This document shows, piece by piece, positions 18,341-29,252 of a DNA stretch of 64,000 nucleotides. Both the position numbers and the translations under genes were made by a program. The notes below the pieces were generated by a model, which saw only the letters and a list, made by a program, of their open reading frames with translations, made no database searches and was not told where the DNA came from. The first letter of the stretch is position 1. Each line of letters begins with the position of its first letter. The stretch comes from an uncultured Treponemataceae bacterium (lineage in GTDB: Bacteria > Spirochaetota > Spirochaetia > Treponematales > UBA12059), in NCBI GenBank assembly GCA_964576835.1, contig CAZNXK010000003.1, forward strand, positions 2,044-66,043. Reading direction: 5' to 3'.

Positions 18341-19486
18341 ATGACCGGGGATTCGATGCATTGCGCTTCGATTGACGCACTTGTTGCTCTGTCGCGCCGC
18401 TACGGAGGCGATCCGTCCTGGTTGCTCGCCGGAGGCGGCAACACGTCGTACAAGGATGGTTCGACGCTATGGATAAAGGCGTCCGGAAAGGCGCTGGCGA
18501 CTATCGGTCCCGACGGTTTCTGCGCCATGGACAGGACCAGGCTCGCCGCCATGCGGAGCCGCCAATATCCGGCTGATTACGACGCGCGCGAATCCGCGGT
18601 GCTGGCCGACCTCATGGCAGCGAGAGTTCCAGGGCAGTCGGGTCGGCCATCGGTCGAGACCCTCATGCACGATCTTTTCCCGCAGGCTTACGTCGTGCAT
18701 ACGCACCCGGCCCTCGTCAACGGGCTGACCTGCGGCATGGACGGCGAGGAGCGCTTCAGGGAGCTCTTCGGCGATGAAGGCATATGGGTCTCCTATGTCG
18801 ATCCGGGCCTGGTGCTGGCGCGGGCGGTGCAGACGGCGGCAGAGGATTTTCTCCACCGCAAAGGCAGGCTTCCCGGCCTCATGTTCATGCAGAATCACGG
18901 TCTGCTGGTGGCGGCCGCTTCGCCTGAGGGCATCGATGAAATATCTGGCCGCGTGGTCGCGCGGCTCAAGTCGGAACTCGGGCGCTTGCCTGACCGCGGC
19001 ACCGTTGCCGTGCCGGTATCCATCCTCGCCGATTCAGCGACCCGCATCGCGGCGCTCGCGGCTACGGCAAGTTTTATCATCCATAAAGCCGATGTCGATA
19101 TAATGCGCTTCGCTGCTTCGCGGCAGGCCTTCGAGCCGCTTTCATCGTCCTTCAGCCCTGATCACATCGTATATGCCGGCCACGAATTCCTGTATGTCGG
19201 AGAACCGGCGGCCCTGGAGGCCGCCTGGAAGAACTATCGCGAGCGGAACGGATCCGACCCGCGCATTGTCGTCATCGCTTGTGTCGGAGCCTTCGCTCTT
19301 GCCGCGAGTCCCGGAGCCGCCGGGACCGCCATGGCATTCCTTCTGGATGCCTGTACGGTCGCCGTCTATGCGGAGAGCTTCGGCGGCACACTCCATATGG
19401 CCAGAGAGCGGATTGATTTCATACGTACCTGGGAAGTGGAACGATACCGTACCAAAGCCAGCCTTGGCGCCGGGGAGGTGCAGTGA
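18341..19486 (+). CDS. Class II aldolase/adducin-domain protein (RhaE-type rhamnulose-1-phosphate aldolase half)
   Basis: 381 aa with GGGNTS and VVHTHP metal-site motifs. It corresponds to the N-terminal half of bifunctional aldolase/short-chain dehydrogenase proteins of rhamnose clusters, here without the SDR half. Confidence 0.75.
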   Translation: MTGDSMHCASIDALVALSRRYGGDPSWLLAGGGNTSYKDGSTLWIKASGKALATIGPDGFCAMDRTRLAAMRSRQYPADYDARESAVLADLMAARVPGQSGRPSVETLMHDLFPQAYVVHTHPALVNGLTCGMDGEERFRELFGDEGIWVSYVDPGLVLARAVQTAAEDFLHRKGRLPGLMFMQNHGLLVAAASPEGIDEISGRVVARLKSELGRLPDRGTVAVPVSILADSATRIAALAATASFIIHKADVDIMRFAASRQAFEPLSSSFSPDHIVYAGHEFLYVGEPAALEAAWKNYRERNGSDPRIVVIACVGAFALAASPGAAGTAMAFLLDACTVAVYAESFGGTLHMARERIDFIRTWEVERYRTKASLGAGEVQ

Positions 19487-19800
19487 TGCAGAGAGTCGCC
19501 TTCAAGATGCAATTGAAAAAGGGTTTCGAAGCGGAGTACCGCAAGCGCCATGACGAGATATGGCCCGAACTGTCCGCTCTCCTCTCGAACGCTGGCGTTT
19601 CCGATTATTCCATTTTCCTGGATGAGGAAACGCTGACGCTTTTCGGCATCCAGAAGAGATCGGACGATTCGACAGCCGACGACCTCCCCCGGGAGGCTGT
19701 CATGCGCAGTTGGTGGGTTCATATGAAGGATATCATGGAGACAAATCCGGACGGCTCCCCCGTGGCGATCGTTCTGGATGAAGTCTTCCACATGGACTGA
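19483..19800 (+). CDS. rhaM: L-rhamnose mutarotase
   Basis: 105 aa. [29 protein letters not shown] is the typical RhaM N-terminus. There is a 4-nt overlap with the aldolase gene. Confidence 0.9.
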   Translation: MMQRVAFKMQLKKGFEAEYRKRHDEIWPELSALLSNAGVSDYSIFLDEETLTLFGIQKRSDDSTADDLPREAVMRSWWVHMKDIMETNPDGSPVAIVLDEVFHMD

Positions 19801-19837
19801 AACCTTCTGCGCCGAAAATCATGGCATCCATTCCTGC

Positions 19838-21100
19838 CTAGATCGCCGGCGCGTTGGCCAGCAGATAGTCTTCCGCCTCCTTGGACCACAACCCTCCGTT
19901 TTTCGCCGCTATGCGTCCGAGTTCCGCCCAGAAGGGCTCGGTCTTGCCGCGTTCGGCGAAATCAGCGATGGCTACGAGCGGCAGCCTCTTGTGGGTGTAG
20001 ATGAGCTTCTTGCCGCCGGGAATCTTGTCCAGTTCGATGGTGGTGGCCGGCACCGCGTCGAGGCCGCCTACGTGGGTAACCATGGTCACGGGATTGAGAC
20101 GTCCGTCGGCCATCATGGCCAGCGATTCCTTGATGTCGTCGGTATTGCCGCCGGAGGTCCCGACCAGGTGGCGGGCCTCGTAATGGACGTTGTAGAAGTT
20201 GAACGCGGCTGAAAAACCCGTGTCCGTAGGGCCGGCAAAGAAGTTGAGGCAGCCGTCGTTGCCAAGTAGCTTGTCAGCCATCTCCACCAGTTGCTTTACA
20301 GGAGCGAAGACGAAGGCGTCGTCGAAGAGTTTGCCGCCGTTCAGTTCCCTGAGTTTCGCTACCGGATCCGGGATGTCCTTCGTGTTGACGTAGACCAGTT
20401 CGACTCCATTGCGCCTCGCCTCGGCGACGGTGTAAATGGAGGCGGCGCGGGAGAGTCTCGCGTCGTCGATGTCGGTGACTACCACCCTTGAGGGTTTTCG
20501 GGGCGCGTGCATCGCGTAGTCGATGGCGCCCATGCCCATGGGGCCTACCGAGGCCAGAAGCGCCAACGACCCGCCTTCTTTGATACCCATATCGTGGACA
20601 TAGGATCCGCCCTTGGTGTGGTACTGGGCATGGTATGCGCCGACTATGCAGGAGACTGGCTCGGATAGCGAACCGGGAAAGAACGCTTCGGCCTCATAGG
20701 GCAGGAGGCAGTCCATCTCCATCACTTCCCTGGGGATGATGATGTAGGTGGCGTCGCCACCTATGTATTCGTAGGAGTAGCCAGGCGCCCAAAGCGTGCC
20801 TTCATAGTTGAGGGCTGGCTGGATGGCGAACTTGTCGCCGGCCTTGAAATCATGCGCCCATTTCTTGCCCACTTCTACGAGGACGCCGCAGAACTCGTGG
20901 CCGATGATTACCGGCCGCTTGGCAAGGTCGGATTTGACGCGTTTGTGGGCGTTGCCTTGCATTGCCAGCTTGTGGCTGGACATGCATATCGAATCGGACA
21001 CCACTCTGGCGAGTATTTCATCGTCCTTGATGGATGGCAGTTCGAATTCTTCGAGCCGCAGGTCGTTGACGCCGTATATCCTGACTGCCTTGGTTTTCAT
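19838..21100 (-). CDS. Zinc-dependent medium-chain dehydrogenase/reductase, SorE (sorbose-1-phosphate reductase)-like
   Basis: 420 aa. The MDR fold is visible (VVSDSICMSSHK, GHEFCG) and the long C-terminal extension is typical of the ~410-aa SorE group. Last gene of the 8-gene operon. Confidence 0.75.
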   Translation of the reverse strand: MKTKAVRIYGVNDLRLEEFELPSIKDDEILARVVSDSICMSSHKLAMQGNAHKRVKSDLAKRPVIIGHEFCGVLVEVGKKWAHDFKAGDKFAIQPALNYEGTLWAPGYSYEYIGGDATYIIIPREVMEMDCLLPYEAEAFFPGSLSEPVSCIVGAYHAQYHTKGGSYVHDMGIKEGGSLALLASVGPMGMGAIDYAMHAPRKPSRVVVTDIDDARLSRAASIYTVAEARRNGVELVYVNTKDIPDPVAKLRELNGGKLFDDAFVFAPVKQLVEMADKLLGNDGCLNFFAGPTDTGFSAAFNFYNVHYEARHLVGTSGGNTDDIKESLAMMADGRLNPVTMVTHVGGLDAVPATTIELDKIPGGKKLIYTHKRLPLVAIADFAERGKTEPFWAELGRIAAKNGGLWSKEAEDYLLANAPAI

Positions 21101-21101
21101 G

Positions 21102-22646
21102 TCATGCTCCTTGTGTTTCAGTCCCGTCTCGGGCCAGGCCCGGGCGGATCAATCGATGCCAGGCTTCGCGGTATGCGGCGAACCCTTCGGCGCCGACCAT
21201 AGGCGCTACGTCCGTATAAGATACTTCAAATCTCCCGCCAAGCGCGTTCGGTTCGCAGCCTTCCAGCGCCGCGACCGCTGTCATCGCGGCTCCGAAAGAA
21301 GTGGCCTCGGCGATGTCGGTGAGCCTGACTGGATTGTCCGGCAGCGCCGACGCGAGGAGGCTGTTGTAGTCGCCGTTTTTCCTGAAGCCGCCCTCGGTGA
21401 GGACCTCCGAGCCTAGCGCGAGCCCGGCCCTTTTCAGGGCGACAAGGGTCTGGATGACGAGGGACGCGTTGAGCACGGCCATCGCGCGCCTGGGATCCTT
21501 CATGAGTTCAGGCACGGCCTTTCCCGACTCTATGTCCTCGAACAGGCATGTCGTACCGCGCTCCGAGACCCGGGCCTTTGATCCAGGGAACTGCCCCGAG
21601 CCCGGCACCAGTTCCGGCAGGATGAACGCATCAAGGGTGCGGAATACAGCAGGATATGACGCCGCTCCGGGATCGGCAGGGTTGGCGCCAGAGATCTTGC
21701 CGATGAGCGTCGACCATTTTTCGTATTCCAGTCCCCCCAGGAATATCGCTGTCTTGACTGGACCCAGGTAGGCGGAACGGTTGAAGAACACCACCTTGCC
21801 GAGTTCTCCGGGTTCGAAGAAAAACCGCTTCTGCGGGTGCATCAGCACGCACCATGTGCCCGTGGAATTGAGTATGAAGTCCGTGCCCTGCCGTTTTGCG
21901 AGATGGGGCAGCAGCGACGCGTTGGAGTCGTGTATGCCCATGGTGACGATGGTGTCCGGGCGCAAGCCCAACCGCGAAACGAGCTCCGGTTTCAGGGTGC
22001 CAAGAACCTCCCATGATTTCCTGAGCGGGTATGGCATCCTGTCAGATACACCGAGGCGCTCGGCTACGGTCGAGTACCGGTCCTTGTTCCAGTCCCAGAG
22101 GTACGAATGGTTTGCGATGTAGGTGCCTTCGACGCCGTACGCTCCCGTGAAGCGGAATCCCCAGTACTGCGGCAGGTTGAGGACCTGCTCTGTCCTTTCC
22201 AAGGCGCCGGGAAAGTGTTCTGTCATGAACATCAGTGCCTTGGCAGGGTTGATCATCGCCGAGAGTCTGGGCGTACCGGTCGAAGCCTGCAGCTCCACCG
22301 GGTCGCCGACCTTCTCGTAGAATCGCCTCTGGAATTCGTCGCCGGGCTCGTAGGTGTACAGCACACACGGCGAGCACGGCAGTCCGTCAGCCCCGACGCA
22401 GACCAGGGTGGCTCCATGGGTCGTGATGGCTATCGCTCCTATCGCGTGTACCCTGGCGAAAGCGGCTATCGATTCAAGAAACCATTCCTCCATGCGGGCC
22501 AGGTCGTGGGTGGGAAGGCCGTCGACCATGACCGGTTCGAAGCTCCGCGAAATGGAGTCGAGCAGATGCAAGGCGCGGTCGTAGACGGAGACTTTCTTGT
22601 TGGTCATGCCGATGTCTATGACCGCGATCTTGGTGTGCACAGCCAC
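21102..22646 (-). CDS. FGGY-family carbohydrate kinase (candidate rhamnulose/ketose kinase)
   Basis: 514 aa with an N-terminal ATPase motif IAVIDIGMTNKK, then ITTHGAT and GIHDSNASLLP motifs. It is 1 nt from the downstream gene. Confidence 0.8.
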   Translation of the reverse strand: MAVHTKIAVIDIGMTNKKVSVYDRALHLLDSISRSFEPVMVDGLPTHDLARMEEWFLESIAAFARVHAIGAIAITTHGATLVCVGADGLPCSPCVLYTYEPGDEFQRRFYEKVGDPVELQASTGTPRLSAMINPAKALMFMTEHFPGALERTEQVLNLPQYWGFRFTGAYGVEGTYIANHSYLWDWNKDRYSTVAERLGVSDRMPYPLRKSWEVLGTLKPELVSRLGLRPDTIVTMGIHDSNASLLPHLAKRQGTDFILNSTGTWCVLMHPQKRFFFEPGELGKVVFFNRSAYLGPVKTAIFLGGLEYEKWSTLIGKISGANPADPGAASYPAVFRTLDAFILPELVPGSGQFPGSKARVSERGTTCLFEDIESGKAVPELMKDPRRAMAVLNASLVIQTLVALKRAGLALGSEVLTEGGFRKNGDYNSLLASALPDNPVRLTDIAEATSFGAAMTAVAALEGCEPNALGGRFEVSYTDVAPMVGAEGFAAYREAWHRLIRPGLARDGTETQGA

Positions 22647-22649
22647 CTC

Positions 22650-23882
22650 CTAGTTGAGCATGACCTGGCCACCGGTCACCGGGAGGGCCTGGCCGGTCTC
22701 GTAGCGCTGGTCGATGAGGTAATAGATAGCCTGCATCACGTCGCGCCCCTCGCAGCCGCGTCCCATTGGCACTTTGGCTTCGTAGAACGCCTTGACGTCG
22801 GATATGCTCTTTGCGCCCGGTACTTTGCCGGTTTGCAGGTACTGTACGAACAGACCCCTGTCGGGATCTGACCACAGCGGCCCATCGAAGAAGTTGCCTG
22901 GGCAGATGGCGTTCACCTTGATGCCATATTCGACCAGCTCGAGGGCGAAGCTCTGCACAAGGCCTATGCCACCGAATTTGGATCCCGCATACGCGCCGTT
23001 TTTATTCGAGCCTTCGAGTCCCGACTTGGAGTTGATCTGGACGATGTCGGCATGGTGGCGGGGAGCTCCCGCATGCTGGCGTTTCATCATGAGCCCCGCA
23101 TGCTTGGCCACCACGAAGAACGCCGTGTAGTTCACCCTGGTGACCAGCTCGAAATCTGACAGGCTCTGTTCGAGCACGCTGCCGGCCTTGAGCACGCCGG
23201 CGTTGCTGATGACCAGGTCAAGGCCACCAGTAGTCCTGGCGACCGAGTGGAACGCCTCGGCTACAGAGGCTTCGTTCGAGACGTCGATGGCCAACGCGAA
23301 GGCAGAAGACGCGCCGGTCTTCGCATTAAGCTCCGCGGCAAGGCGCTCGGCACCCGCAAGGTTGAGGTCGGCGATGAAGACCAGCGCGCCTGACGCTACG
23401 AGACCCCGTACGATTTCCTCTCCGAAGCCCTGTGCGCCGCCAGTGACCAAAGCCGTCTTGCCGCGTACGACCATGCTGCGGAATGTCGCCGCGCCGTCGT
23501 TGCCGGCCGTGCCTGCGGAATCCCCGCCAACGGCGGTAGCGGCCTGCCTGCACGGATTGCAGGTGCCAGCCAGCATCGCCCGGGCGTCGTCAAGGTTCGC
23601 GGCGGCGGCCAGGAGCAATCCCGTTCCTGACTGCCTCAATGCGTAGAGCCGGTCAAGGACGCCGGTACGGCCCGGTGTGGATGCCGGGAAGGCCGCGAGA
23701 CGAAAAATTGCCTGCATTTCCTGCTCATCGGCGTCTTCGGGCAGGTCTACGATGATGGCGTCGGCCGGAGGAATTCCTTCGAGCCTGGCGGTCGCCACGA
23801 TGGCTTGGGCTTTTCCGGCCAGGCCGGCCTCCTGCAGAGCAAGGCCGCGAAGGAAAGGCGCGGCGACTGTCAAATCCATCAT
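22650..23882 (-). CDS. Short-chain dehydrogenase, SrlD/SorD (hexitol-6-phosphate dehydrogenase)/RhaW-like, with ~150-aa N-terminal extension
   Basis: TALVTGGAQGFG cofactor loop, YAGSK catalytic motif, and a C-terminal KVPMGRGCEGRDV...TGQALPVTGGQVM closely resembling E. coli SrlD. I do not recognise residues 1-150. Confidence 0.8.
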   Translation of the reverse strand: MMDLTVAAPFLRGLALQEAGLAGKAQAIVATARLEGIPPADAIIVDLPEDADEQEMQAIFRLAAFPASTPGRTGVLDRLYALRQSGTGLLLAAAANLDDARAMLAGTCNPCRQAATAVGGDSAGTAGNDGAATFRSMVVRGKTALVTGGAQGFGEEIVRGLVASGALVFIADLNLAGAERLAAELNAKTGASSAFALAIDVSNEASVAEAFHSVARTTGGLDLVISNAGVLKAGSVLEQSLSDFELVTRVNYTAFFVVAKHAGLMMKRQHAGAPRHHADIVQINSKSGLEGSNKNGAYAGSKFGGIGLVQSFALELVEYGIKVNAICPGNFFDGPLWSDPDRGLFVQYLQTGKVPGAKSISDVKAFYEAKVPMGRGCEGRDVMQAIYYLIDQRYETGQALPVTGGQVMLN

Positions 23883-25291
23883 GGCCTCCAGTTCTGGACA
23901 AGCCGGGCGAGTGTTTCCGCGTCTTCAGGATTCCTGGAATCCAGGTTCCGGCCGATTTCCGCGTATCGATCCATGCGTTCCGTCAAAGTCAGCGCAGCCA
24001 GCGGGCTTGCGGTTGAGAAGAAGCCCAGCGCAGGATCGAGGCTCGAGAGTTTTTCGTGGGCGACGAGTGCCCAGGTGGTATCGATGAGGCGGGACATCGA
24101 CGGCTCCAGCACCTCGGGGCAGCTGAAGCTCTGCCGCGACGAGTTGATGTCGACGCCCGATATCTCCATGAGGCGGTAGCGCTCGCACAATCCCCTCACT
24201 CGTGCCAGCTGCATCATGGTGTTCCGCGGCGGCATGTAGGTAACCGCCTGGAATCCCGCATCCACCAGCCATGGCAGGAGTTCGTCCAGGAACTCGTCCT
24301 CGAACTTCTCCGCTTTCTTGTCGCCTGTCGGAGAGTCGGCAACGTCGCCCAGGTACGCGTAAGCCGGTATTGCCCCGATATTCCGCGCGAATGCTGTGGC
24401 TGTGGCGACAGGAACGCATTCATCGGGGCCGGGTTGTACGAAGACCTTGTCCAGAAAGCCTGACTTGAGGAAACCCAGCAAGTCGTAGGACAGATGGGGA
24501 TTAGCTGGATCGGATAGCAATGCTGCGACCGTTGGCGGAGGCTGCAGTCCCAGGTTCCCGGAGAGGCCACCGACCAGGTCAGGGCCACGGCCGTGCCGCC
24601 TGAGTATGGAGCCTGCCACTGCTGCCAGGATGTGCCGCTCGGTAACGCTTCCCCCCTCGGCCGCCTTGGACAGCGGCACGACGTCCACGTCGTAGTCCAG
24701 CGCGCCGTAACCCGCGCCGGCCATCAGTTCGGAAGCCGCGGCTGTTGTCTTGCGGTTCCTCGCAGCCCTGGCTACCCAGACAGGCGCAAGGAATTCGGCC
24801 GCCTTGGTGATGCTGCGCCTCGGGATACCCTGGATGGTCATGTAGGCTATGCCTGTTGAGTCGGGATTGTTGAGTTTTCTGTTCTCGAAGGGCGAACCGG
24901 GGCAGGCCACCCTGAGCTCGAAACCGATTGTGCTGCCCAGGCCCAGAATGGCGCATGCTTCCAGCATCTCCTCGGCGGCACCTACAGAGTCATGATCCAC
25001 TGAACCCGCCACGGAGAGCGCGGCCGCCCTCGCGCGCCAGGCTGCCATGGCCGGCGTGTACGGGCTGAAGGAGTATATCGTATGGATGTGGTTGTTTACC
25101 TCGCCCGTAGGAACGGGCACGTTGGCGCCACCCGCCGACTCCGCCGGAACGTTCCTGACCATGGCACGCAACGCGGCGAGGCGATGCACGCGGGAATCCC
25201 ATGGATCTCCTGCTATGGCCAGGAAGGGAAGGGCCGAGCCGTCCGTGCCCGGGGGGATGATCGCGGCAAGCGATTTTTCGCGTTCAGCCAT
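23879..25291 (-). CDS. PHP-domain metal-dependent phosphoesterase-like protein
   Basis: 470 aa with an NNHIHTIYSFSPY (HxH) PHP-type N-terminal motif. There is a 4-nt overlap with the SDR gene. Confidence 0.6.
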   Translation of the reverse strand: MAEREKSLAAIIPPGTDGSALPFLAIAGDPWDSRVHRLAALRAMVRNVPAESAGGANVPVPTGEVNNHIHTIYSFSPYTPAMAAWRARAAALSVAGSVDHDSVGAAEEMLEACAILGLGSTIGFELRVACPGSPFENRKLNNPDSTGIAYMTIQGIPRRSITKAAEFLAPVWVARAARNRKTTAAASELMAGAGYGALDYDVDVVPLSKAAEGGSVTERHILAAVAGSILRRHGRGPDLVGGLSGNLGLQPPPTVAALLSDPANPHLSYDLLGFLKSGFLDKVFVQPGPDECVPVATATAFARNIGAIPAYAYLGDVADSPTGDKKAEKFEDEFLDELLPWLVDAGFQAVTYMPPRNTMMQLARVRGLCERYRLMEISGVDINSSRQSFSCPEVLEPSMSRLIDTTWALVAHEKLSSLDPALGFFSTASPLAALTLTERMDRYAEIGRNLDSRNPEDAETLARLVQNWRP

Positions 25292-25299
25292 AGCGGGGC

Positions 25300-27777
25300 T
25301 CAGACGCCAAGCCTGGCTCGGCGGGCCAGCTCGAGCGTGCCCTGGTTTGTCGTCGGCGCGTGGCCGGGCAGCGGCAGGATGCGCTCATGCACCGCGTCTA
25401 CGATCCAGTCTTTTTGCGGGAAGTAGAGCTCTTCCATCTCGGCCGCCGGCGTTATCCAGTTGCGGCTGCCGACCACCGCGACAGGCGCGTCGAGCTTGTC
25501 GAAGGCCAGGCTCTGCACGTTTGATGCCACCGTGTGCAGGAACGAGCCGCGTTCGGCGGCGTCGCTCGCCAGCAGGAGCCGGCCGGTCTTGGCGACCGAA
25601 TCCAGGAGGATCGTGTAGTCCAGCGGCGCGATGAAGCGGAGGTCTATAACCTCGGTCGAGACGCCGTATTTCTCCTCGAGGACAATAGCGGCCTCGATGG
25701 CCCGGTACAGCGTGGCGCCGAGCGTCGCGATGGTCAGGTCCTTGCCGGAACGGCGTACCGCGCTCTGGCCTTCCGGAACTTCGTAGTAGCCTTCGGGAAC
25801 GCCCGCTTTTTCGAACTGCTCGCCAGAGTCGTACAGGAGCTGGCTTTCAAAGAACACCACCGGGTCGGTGCCGCGCAGGGCCAGGTTGAGCATGCCCTTT
25901 GCGTCGTACGGCGTGGCCGGGAAGTAGACCTTGAGGCCGGGAACGTGGGCCACGAGAGCGCTCCAGTCCTGGGAGTGCTGGGCGCCGTACTTGTTGCCCA
26001 CGGAGACGCGCATCACGAGCGGCATCGACAGGAGCCCCGCCGACATCGATTGCCACTTGCTCGCCTGGTTGAATATCTCGTCCCCGGCGCGACCCATGAA
26101 ATCGCAGTACATCAGCTCGACTACCGCACGGCCGCCCGAGAGCGCGTAACCCACGCCCGCGCCTATGATGGCCGCCTCGGAAATGGAACTGTTGAACAGC
26201 CTGTTGTAGGGCAGGAGCTCGGTCAGGCCTCGGTACACCGCGAATGCACCACCCCAGTCGCGGTTTTCTTCGCCCCATGCCGCCATCGTCGGATCGATCG
26301 CAAAACGGTGGACCATTGCCTCGAACAGCGCGTCGCGGTACTGGTACAGCTTGTTCTTTGAAACCGGCTTGCCCTGGGAATCGAAGGCGTAGCGCGCCTT
26401 GCCGGCGATGGCCTTGACCCTGGCGTTCTCGGCCAGGCTCTGCAGCAGTTCGGGCACCCGGGCCATGCCAGAGTCGGTATCGGCGTCAAAGCGCTCCACC
26501 TTGGCGTTTGACAGCATCACCGACTCGATGAAGGTGCCGTTGGAACGGGGGCAGAGTTCGTCGTTGACGGCGAGAGCGACTACAGCCTGGAGCTTTTCCA
26601 CGATACCCGCCCGGGCCGATGCGAGAGCGTCGGCCGTGATGGCCTTGTTGCCCACCAGATAGCGGCCATAATCCTCTATGGCGTCCGCATCCTGCCACAT
26701 CTTTATTTCTTCGGGTGTCCGGTAGCTCGACGCATCTGAAGGAGAATGCCCGGACACGCGGTAGGTGATGGTGTCGAGCAGCACGGGACCCTTGCCTGCC
26801 GCCAGAATATCCCGTTTCCTCTCCACGGCGTCGGCGACCGCTAGCGGATTGTAGCCGTCCACGCGCTCCGCGTGCATGTTGTCAGGATTGATGCCGGCGC
26901 CGATGCGGGCAAGGATCTTATAGCCCATGGTTTCGCCGCTGGTCTGACCGCCCATACCGTAGAAGTTGTTGAAGACGTTGAACAGTATGGGTGGCGCACC
27001 GCCTGCCGACTCGGGCCACAGCCCTCGGTACTGGTCCATAGATGCCAGGCACATCGCCTCCCATACCGGTCCGCAGCCCATTGACGCGTCGCCTATGTTG
27101 GCTATCACGATGCCGCTCTTGCGGTTGATGCGCTTGAACAGCGCCGAACCGACCGCAATGTCGGCAGAGCCGCCGACGATGGCGTTGTTGGGCATCGAAC
27201 CGAACGGCGTGAAGAACGCGTGCATCGAGCCGCCAAGCCCCCGGTTGACTCCGGCTTTCCTCGCGAAAATCTCGGCCAGGGTGCCGAAGAGCACGAAATT
27301 CTCCGCCAGGTCCCTGAGATTCTTGTACGGGATCTTCTCGGCTAACCTGAGAGTCTCGCCACCCAGGAAGCCCTTCATGATGGTTTCCAGCCTGCCCTCG
27401 TCCAGGGTGGTCACCGCCGAATAGCACTTGGCAAGGATCTCGCCGTGGCTGCGGTGCGAACCGAAGATGAAGTCGTCGACCCCGAGTGACAGGCTCTGAC
27501 CGACGGCCGCGGATTCCTGACCTATGGAAAGGTGGGCGGGACCCTTGTGGTTGTATTCTATGCCGTTCCACGACCCTTGGGTCTTGAACGAATTGAGCAT
27601 CAGCTCGAACTCGCGGATCGTCGCCATGTCGTACCAGGCCTTGACCAGCCGGTCCTGGCCCCATCGCGCCTTTTCCTTGGCGAATTCGCCTTTGTAGGCG
27701 TTGAGCGGAATATCGCTGATAACAAGTGTACCGGAGGCGCGCACTTTGGCGGGTTCTACCGTTATTGACTTGGGCAT
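25300..27777 (-). CDS. TPP-dependent 2-oxoacid/acetoin dehydrogenase E1 component, fused alpha-beta subunits
   Basis: 825 aa. The alpha part carries [11 protein letters not shown] and [10 protein letters not shown]. The beta part carries [12 protein letters not shown]...[16 protein letters not shown]. Both lie in one reading frame. Confidence 0.85.
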   Translation of the reverse strand: MPKSITVEPAKVRASGTLVISDIPLNAYKGEFAKEKARWGQDRLVKAWYDMATIREFELMLNSFKTQGSWNGIEYNHKGPAHLSIGQESAAVGQSLSLGVDDFIFGSHRSHGEILAKCYSAVTTLDEGRLETIMKGFLGGETLRLAEKIPYKNLRDLAENFVLFGTLAEIFARKAGVNRGLGGSMHAFFTPFGSMPNNAIVGGSADIAVGSALFKRINRKSGIVIANIGDASMGCGPVWEAMCLASMDQYRGLWPESAGGAPPILFNVFNNFYGMGGQTSGETMGYKILARIGAGINPDNMHAERVDGYNPLAVADAVERKRDILAAGKGPVLLDTITYRVSGHSPSDASSYRTPEEIKMWQDADAIEDYGRYLVGNKAITADALASARAGIVEKLQAVVALAVNDELCPRSNGTFIESVMLSNAKVERFDADTDSGMARVPELLQSLAENARVKAIAGKARYAFDSQGKPVSKNKLYQYRDALFEAMVHRFAIDPTMAAWGEENRDWGGAFAVYRGLTELLPYNRLFNSSISEAAIIGAGVGYALSGGRAVVELMYCDFMGRAGDEIFNQASKWQSMSAGLLSMPLVMRVSVGNKYGAQHSQDWSALVAHVPGLKVYFPATPYDAKGMLNLALRGTDPVVFFESQLLYDSGEQFEKAGVPEGYYEVPEGQSAVRRSGKDLTIATLGATLYRAIEAAIVLEEKYGVSTEVIDLRFIAPLDYTILLDSVAKTGRLLLASDAAERGSFLHTVASNVQSLAFDKLDAPVAVVGSRNWITPAAEMEELYFPQKDWIVDAVHERILPLPGHAPTTNQGTLELARRARLGV

Positions 27778-27847
27778 GTAACTATCTCCCCGGGCATGGC
27801 CCGCGCATGATGTTGATGTCGAGCGACGGCAAGTCGCCTGGATGCGG

Positions 27848-29230
27848 TCACTCGCTGAGTTGCCAAGCGGCGTCCCTTATCAGTTCCCAGACGGTCGGGT
27901 GGGGGAAAATCATTTCACGCAGGTCGGACGCGCGCATCTCCTGCTCTATCAGGACCGCGCCGCCCCATATCGTCTCTGCCGCATAGGCACCCACGCCATG
28001 GAGTCCCAGGATGAGTCCGGTCGCCTTGTCCGTGACCAGCTTGACCGACCCGTGGGCCAGGAATCCGTTCTCTGCAGCGAAGCGCCCCGAAGCCCGCAGC
28101 GGAATCTTGACGCAAGCAGGCTCGAGGCCCCGCGCCCTGGCATCCTTCTCGGTCATCCCGACGCCGGCGGCCTCGGGAATCGAGTAGACGGCCCATGGAA
28201 TCGCGTCCCAGCGCATACGCTCGGGACCCTCGGCCTTGCCTGAAATAACCGCGTCGATGTCGGCCGCGGCCACCTCGGCCATGCGGTAGGCCGAGTGCGC
28301 CAGGAGGCTCCTGCCCGTAAGGTCGCCCGCGGCCCAGATGCCTGGAGCGCTCGTGCGCAACCTTTCGTCCACCGTGACGCCCTTTGGTGACCGGTCCAGA
28401 CTCACTGTTTCGGCGCCCCAGCCGTCCACGTTGGCCTTGCGGCCTATGGCGGCCAGCACCAGGTCGGCCTCAACGGCCTCCGCGACGCCATCCCTGGTGA
28501 TGTAGTTCACAGTGGCTCCCGTTACCGAGGTGACCTTGCAGCCGAGCTTCCAGGTGACCTTGTCCATGGCGCGGCGCAGAACAGGCGCCTGGTCGGCGTC
28601 CATGAAGGGCACGATCTCGTCGAGCATCTCCACGATTGACACCTTGCAGCCCAGGCTGGAAAAGAGGCTGGCGAACTCCACTCCGATGACGCCGCCGCCG
28701 ATGACGCAGAGCCGTTCGGGAACTTCAGTTATTTCCAGGATGCCGGTGGAGTCGAGCACCTTGGGATTATCCCGCAGGCCGGGGATGGGAGGAATGGACG
28801 GGGACGAACCGGTGCACACCAGAATGGCTCTGGCTTCCTCGGTACGCGGAGAGCTGCCAGCCTCCGTCACGGCGACCTTGCCCGGACCTTCGACGCGGGC
28901 TTCGCCGGCAAGCACCGTGACCTTGGCCCTCTTCATCGAACCCACGATGCCTGAGCGCAGCTTCTCGACGACCTCGTTTTTCCATGCCATCATCACGCCC
29001 AGATCGTAGCGCACATTCTCGGCCGTGACGCCGAATTTTTCGCCTTCAAGCGCGTGCACATAGTACTTGGCCGAGTTGAGAAGCGTCTTGGTCGGCACGC
29101 AACCGACGTTGAGGCAGGTGCCACCTATGAGGCCTTTTTCGACCAGCAGCACCGAACGGCCCTTGCCTCCGAGATGCTCGGCGGCCCTGTAGCCGGCGGG
29201 GCCGCCGCCGATGATGATCACGTCGTACAT
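27848..29230 (-). CDS. lpdA: Dihydrolipoyl dehydrogenase (E3)
   Basis: [17 protein letters not shown] loop, the redox disulfide [13 protein letters not shown], and a C-terminal dimerisation domain ending in HPT. Confidence 0.92.
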   Translation of the reverse strand: MYDVIIIGGGPAGYRAAEHLGGKGRSVLLVEKGLIGGTCLNVGCVPTKTLLNSAKYYVHALEGEKFGVTAENVRYDLGVMMAWKNEVVEKLRSGIVGSMKRAKVTVLAGEARVEGPGKVAVTEAGSSPRTEEARAILVCTGSSPSIPPIPGLRDNPKVLDSTGILEITEVPERLCVIGGGVIGVEFASLFSSLGCKVSIVEMLDEIVPFMDADQAPVLRRAMDKVTWKLGCKVTSVTGATVNYITRDGVAEAVEADLVLAAIGRKANVDGWGAETVSLDRSPKGVTVDERLRTSAPGIWAAGDLTGRSLLAHSAYRMAEVAAADIDAVISGKAEGPERMRWDAIPWAVYSIPEAAGVGMTEKDARARGLEPACVKIPLRASGRFAAENGFLAHGSVKLVTDKATGLILGLHGVGAYAAETIWGGAVLIEQEMRASDLREMIFPHPTVWELIRDAAWQLSE

Positions 29231-29252
29231 GGTAGTCTCCTGTCCTTGGTAC

